Source: Chloroflexota bacterium
Lineage (GTDB): Bacteria > Chloroflexota > Limnocylindria > Limnocylindrales > CSP1-4
Assembly: GCA_021783095.1 (NCBI GenBank)
Contig: JAJXUG010000009.1
Location: 28,025-92,024 of the forward strand
Direction: 5' to 3'
Length of the DNA stretch: 64,000 nt
The position numbers and the translations under genes were made by a program. Positions 59,411-64,000 of this stretch are shown in pieces. Under the pieces are notes generated by a model. It searched no databases. It was not told the DNA's origin and saw nothing but the letters and a program-made list of their open reading frames with translations. How positions within the stretch are numbered: position 1 is the stretch's first letter; each line of letters opens with the position of its first letter.

Positions 59411-62173
59411 ATGAGTTCCGCATGGGACTGGCCGGGGTCGCGTTGGTGGCGTGTCGATCTCCACGCGCACTCACCCGCTTCCCATGACTTCAAGCCTGAC
59501 ACCGATCGAGAACCCGCCGACTGGGCGCGATGGGTCGCGGCGGCGAAAGACGCCGGCCTGCAGGCTGTAGGGCTCACCGACCACAACACGCCAGCCGGTA
59601 TCACCGCCGTCCAGACCGCCGCCACCGCTCAGGGCGTCGCGGTGTTTCCTGGGGTCGAGCTGACAGTCGGCGGCATCCACTTGCTCTGTCTCTTTGACCC
59701 AAACGCCACGCGAGACGACCTCGTTGCCCTGCTGTCGAGGGTGGGCATCGAGCCGGCCTTCTTCGGTCAACAAGATGCGTGTGCGGCCAAGAGCATCACC
59801 GAGGCGATCGACATCGCTTCTGCTGCGGGTGCGGTGGTTGTGGCTGCCCACATCAACGGGCCCAAGGGCGTGCTTGGGGAGCTCACTGGACAGGAGCGGA
59901 TCAAGGCCCTGAAGGCGCCGGGGCTTGTTGCTGCCGAACTCGCCCCACTCCCACTCGATGCGACCGGATGGCTCGACCCACTCGGCACTGATGTCGAGGC
60001 ATGGCTCGACGGCACAAATACGCAGGCGCGTGGGATCGCCAGAGTCCAGTTTTCTGACAGCCATGCGTTCGATCAAGCTGGACGGCGCTTCACGTGGGTG
60101 AAGATGACGCGCCCGACCGTGGAGGGCCTACGCCTTGCATTGCTGGACGGGTCCGGGTCACTGATCGCGGCAGAACAAGCGAATCCGGTGCAACCCAACC
60201 GCCACGCTAGTAACGCCATCGAGAGCATCACCGTGCGGCAGGCCAAGTACATGGGCCGCTGGACGGATCCGAAGTCACCGTGCCCATTCACCGTGGAACT
60301 CAACCCGTGGCTGAATGCCATCATCGGCGGTCGCGGCACTGGCAAGTCGACCCTGGTCGACTTGTGCCGCGCCACCCTTCGCCGCGAGGCTGAGCTGGGT
60401 GGCGATGACAACTCGTTGCACCAAGCGTTCAGTAGCAGGATGCGGGTCCCAGGCACACGTCGCGAGGAGGGCCTCCTCACGACTCAAACGGCAGTGGAGG
60501 TCACGTACCGCAAGGACGGCGAGCGCTTCATCATCGCGTGGGATCAGGACGGCGACTCGCCTCCGATCGTGCGCCTAGACGGCGGCGAGCGCTTCCCCGA
60601 GGAGGGCGACGTTCGTGATCGCTTCCCCATTCGCATCTACAGCCAGAAGCAGCTCTTTGATCTGGCCAAGGAGCCCAATGCTCTCCTAGCTGTGATCGAT
60701 GACAGCGCCGTCGTCCGGGGCGCCGAGCTCGGGCGACAGCGCAAAGAGGCCGAGACGAAGTACCTGTCGCTATGCGCTGAAGCACGTGCTCTTCGCGCCC
60801 AAGTCGCCGATCTGCCGGGCCGAACCGCAGCGCTGGCCGACGTGCGCCGGAAGCTAGAGGTGCTCCAGCAGGGCGGCCACGCGAAGACCCTGAGCGACTA
60901 TCGGACGCGCCACGAGCAGGACCTCACGTGGCACGGGATACAGGAGGCGGCCGCCGATGCTCTGGACGAAGTCGGCCGTGCCGCGGGCGATGGCCTCGCG
61001 GTGGCCGATCTGATTGCGGGTGAGGGCGACGCTGCGGTCGCGGCCCTTCTGCGAGCGTACGAGGGCGTCCGCGAGGGGCTTGCCGCGCTCCAGAAGACCG
61101 TGCTCGAGGCGGTCGAGCAAACTCGTGCACACATCGAGGCAACCCTAGCCGGCAACGACGCAGCGGCCTGGCGGTCAGCTGTCGAGGCCAGCCAGCTCGC
61201 GTACGAGGCGGTCAACGAACAGCTCGCGGCAGCCGGCATCGCGGATCCGAACCAGTACCGTGATCTGCTTCAGCGCTCCGCGACACTCGAGCAGGAGATC
61301 GCGGTACTGGAGAAGCGCCGCGTGACCGCAGGGGAACGCGAGCAGGAGGCTGCCGCTGAGCTGAGCCGCTACCGCGAGCTCCGAATGGACCTCACAAGGA
61401 CTCGAAAGGAGTTCGTGGAGGCGGTCTCAGGCGAGCTGATCAGGGTTGAGATCAGGGACTTCGCACAGCGCGATGGTCTCGAGGAATTCCTTCGTGACGC
61501 TCTTGGCATCAGTCGATTCGATGACGACTACCGCTTCCTGACCGAGCAGATGGCCCCTGCGGCCGACCAGCCTTGGGGCTTCGCAAGGCTCGACGAAAGG
61601 GTCGCCCGCCTGCGCGATGTACTTTCCGACCCGAAGGGGCAGTGGGACGCGAAGGACAGGCGCTTTGACGCGGCGCTGCGCAAGGTCCAGCCCGAACGCA
61701 TCGACCGTGTCGCTCTCTACCTCCCCGAGGATTCGGTCGAGGTGAGCTTCCGCGAGGTCCGAGACGGGGGCGCCGCTTGGCGCCAGCTCGCGCAGGGCTC
61801 TCCGGGTCAGCAGACTGCCGCACTCCTTGCGTTTGTACTCGGCCACGGAGAGGACCCAATACTCCTCGACCAACCGGAGGACGACCTCGACAACACCCTC
61901 ATCTACGAAGTCCTCGTTCGCCGCCTGCGCGAGATCAAGCCAACTCGTCAGGTCATCGTCGTGACACACAACGCCAACCTCGTGGTGCACGGAGATGCCG
62001 AGCTCGTGGTGTCCCTCGAGGCTCGCGGTGGGCAGACGCAGGTCGCCTTCTCCGGGGGCCTCCAAGAGCAGAAAGCGCGGGACGAGATCTGCCGTGTGAT
62101 GGAAGGAGGACGAGACGCATTCGAGTCGCGATACCGCCGAATCATGCTCGGGAGCGGGCGGCGCAACGCCTGA
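59411..62173 (+). CDS. PHP-domain phosphoesterase fused to SMC/ABC-type (RecF/RecN-like) ATPase
   Basis: ORF 59411..62173. PHP motifs VDLHAHSPASHD and GLTDHN. Walker A IIGGRGTGKST, coiled-coil middle region, Walker B/D-loop ILLDQPEDDLD. Confidence 0.75.
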   Translation: MSSAWDWPGSRWWRVDLHAHSPASHDFKPDTDREPADWARWVAAAKDAGLQAVGLTDHNTPAGITAVQTAATAQGVAVFPGVELTVGGIHLLCLFDPNATRDDLVALLSRVGIEPAFFGQQDACAAKSITEAIDIASAAGAVVVAAHINGPKGVLGELTGQERIKALKAPGLVAAELAPLPLDATGWLDPLGTDVEAWLDGTNTQARGIARVQFSDSHAFDQAGRRFTWVKMTRPTVEGLRLALLDGSGSLIAAEQANPVQPNRHASNAIESITVRQAKYMGRWTDPKSPCPFTVELNPWLNAIIGGRGTGKSTLVDLCRATLRREAELGGDDNSLHQAFSSRMRVPGTRREEGLLTTQTAVEVTYRKDGERFIIAWDQDGDSPPIVRLDGGERFPEEGDVRDRFPIRIYSQKQLFDLAKEPNALLAVIDDSAVVRGAELGRQRKEAETKYLSLCAEARALRAQVADLPGRTAALADVRRKLEVLQQGGHAKTLSDYRTRHEQDLTWHGIQEAAADALDEVGRAAGDGLAVADLIAGEGDAAVAALLRAYEGVREGLAALQKTVLEAVEQTRAHIEATLAGNDAAAWRSAVEASQLAYEAVNEQLAAAGIADPNQYRDLLQRSATLEQEIAVLEKRRVTAGEREQEAAAELSRYRELRMDLTRTRKEFVEAVSGELIRVEIRDFAQRDGLEEFLRDALGISRFDDDYRFLTEQMAPAADQPWGFARLDERVARLRDVLSDPKGQWDAKDRRFDAALRKVQPERIDRVALYLPEDSVEVSFREVRDGGAAWRQLAQGSPGQQTAALLAFVLGHGEDPILLDQPEDDLDNTLIYEVLVRRLREIKPTRQVIVVTHNANLVVHGDAELVVSLEARGGQTQVAFSGGLQEQKARDEICRVMEGGRDAFESRYRRIMLGSGRRNA

Positions 62174-62210
62174 TTCCCATGGTCGCTAGGGAGTTGGCGA
62201 AGGAGTAGGC

Positions 62211-64000
<1,790 letters not shown>

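Overview
High-GC (about 70%) chromosomal window from an actinobacterium-like genome, spanning the replication-origin neighbourhood and running into a defence island. All functional calls are by-eye motif and family recognition; no profile or database search was run.

**Left part, 0-17.8 kb**
- A PiT phosphate transporter with its DUF47 partner.
- Diverging from it, an ArsR-led, translationally coupled phosphatidylinositol / PI-mannoside operon: ArsR, PIP synthase, inositol-1-phosphate synthase, two PatA-like acyltransferases, a PHP phosphoesterase and a PimA-like GT4.
- A cluster of GT-C membrane glycosyltransferases, including a roughly 1770-aa two-module fusion, plus a Ppm1-like GT2.

**Centre, 17.9-41 kb**
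- Bifunctional nuclease, rhomboid protease and a degenerate-PP2C membrane protein.
- Origin block: DUF721, recF, dnaN, a DnaA-box-rich candidate oriC, a GNAT gene and dnaA on the minus strand. On the plus strand: rpmH (absent from the ORF track), rnpA, yidD, yidC and jag.
- VanW, HAD, ackA-xfp (phosphoketolase), a fused EtfB-EtfA and ETF-QO.

**Right part, from about 42.1 kb: accessory or defence island**
- The junction is marked by a truncated HD-GYP gene, short repeats and a frameshifted BRCT gene remnant.
- An AlbA_2/Schlafen-like protein.
- A tightly coupled Ubl-E2-JAB-E1 operon (Bil-type bacterial ubiquitination system) with an extra coupled multi-TM gene. An XRE/ImmA (CapH/CapP-like) pair diverges from it.
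- An excisionase-HTH protein with duplicated Cys modules, and a DUF4209-like protein.
- A methylation-associated four-gene cluster that runs off the window: SNF2-DUF3883 helicase, DUF1156 methyltransferase, PHP-ABC ATPase and HEPN-DUF499 ATPase (Hma/MADS-like).

**Not found and caveats**
- No rRNA, tRNA, CRISPR array, integrase or transposase was recognised.
- Many long ORFs in the track are alternative-frame or antisense artefacts of the high GC content.
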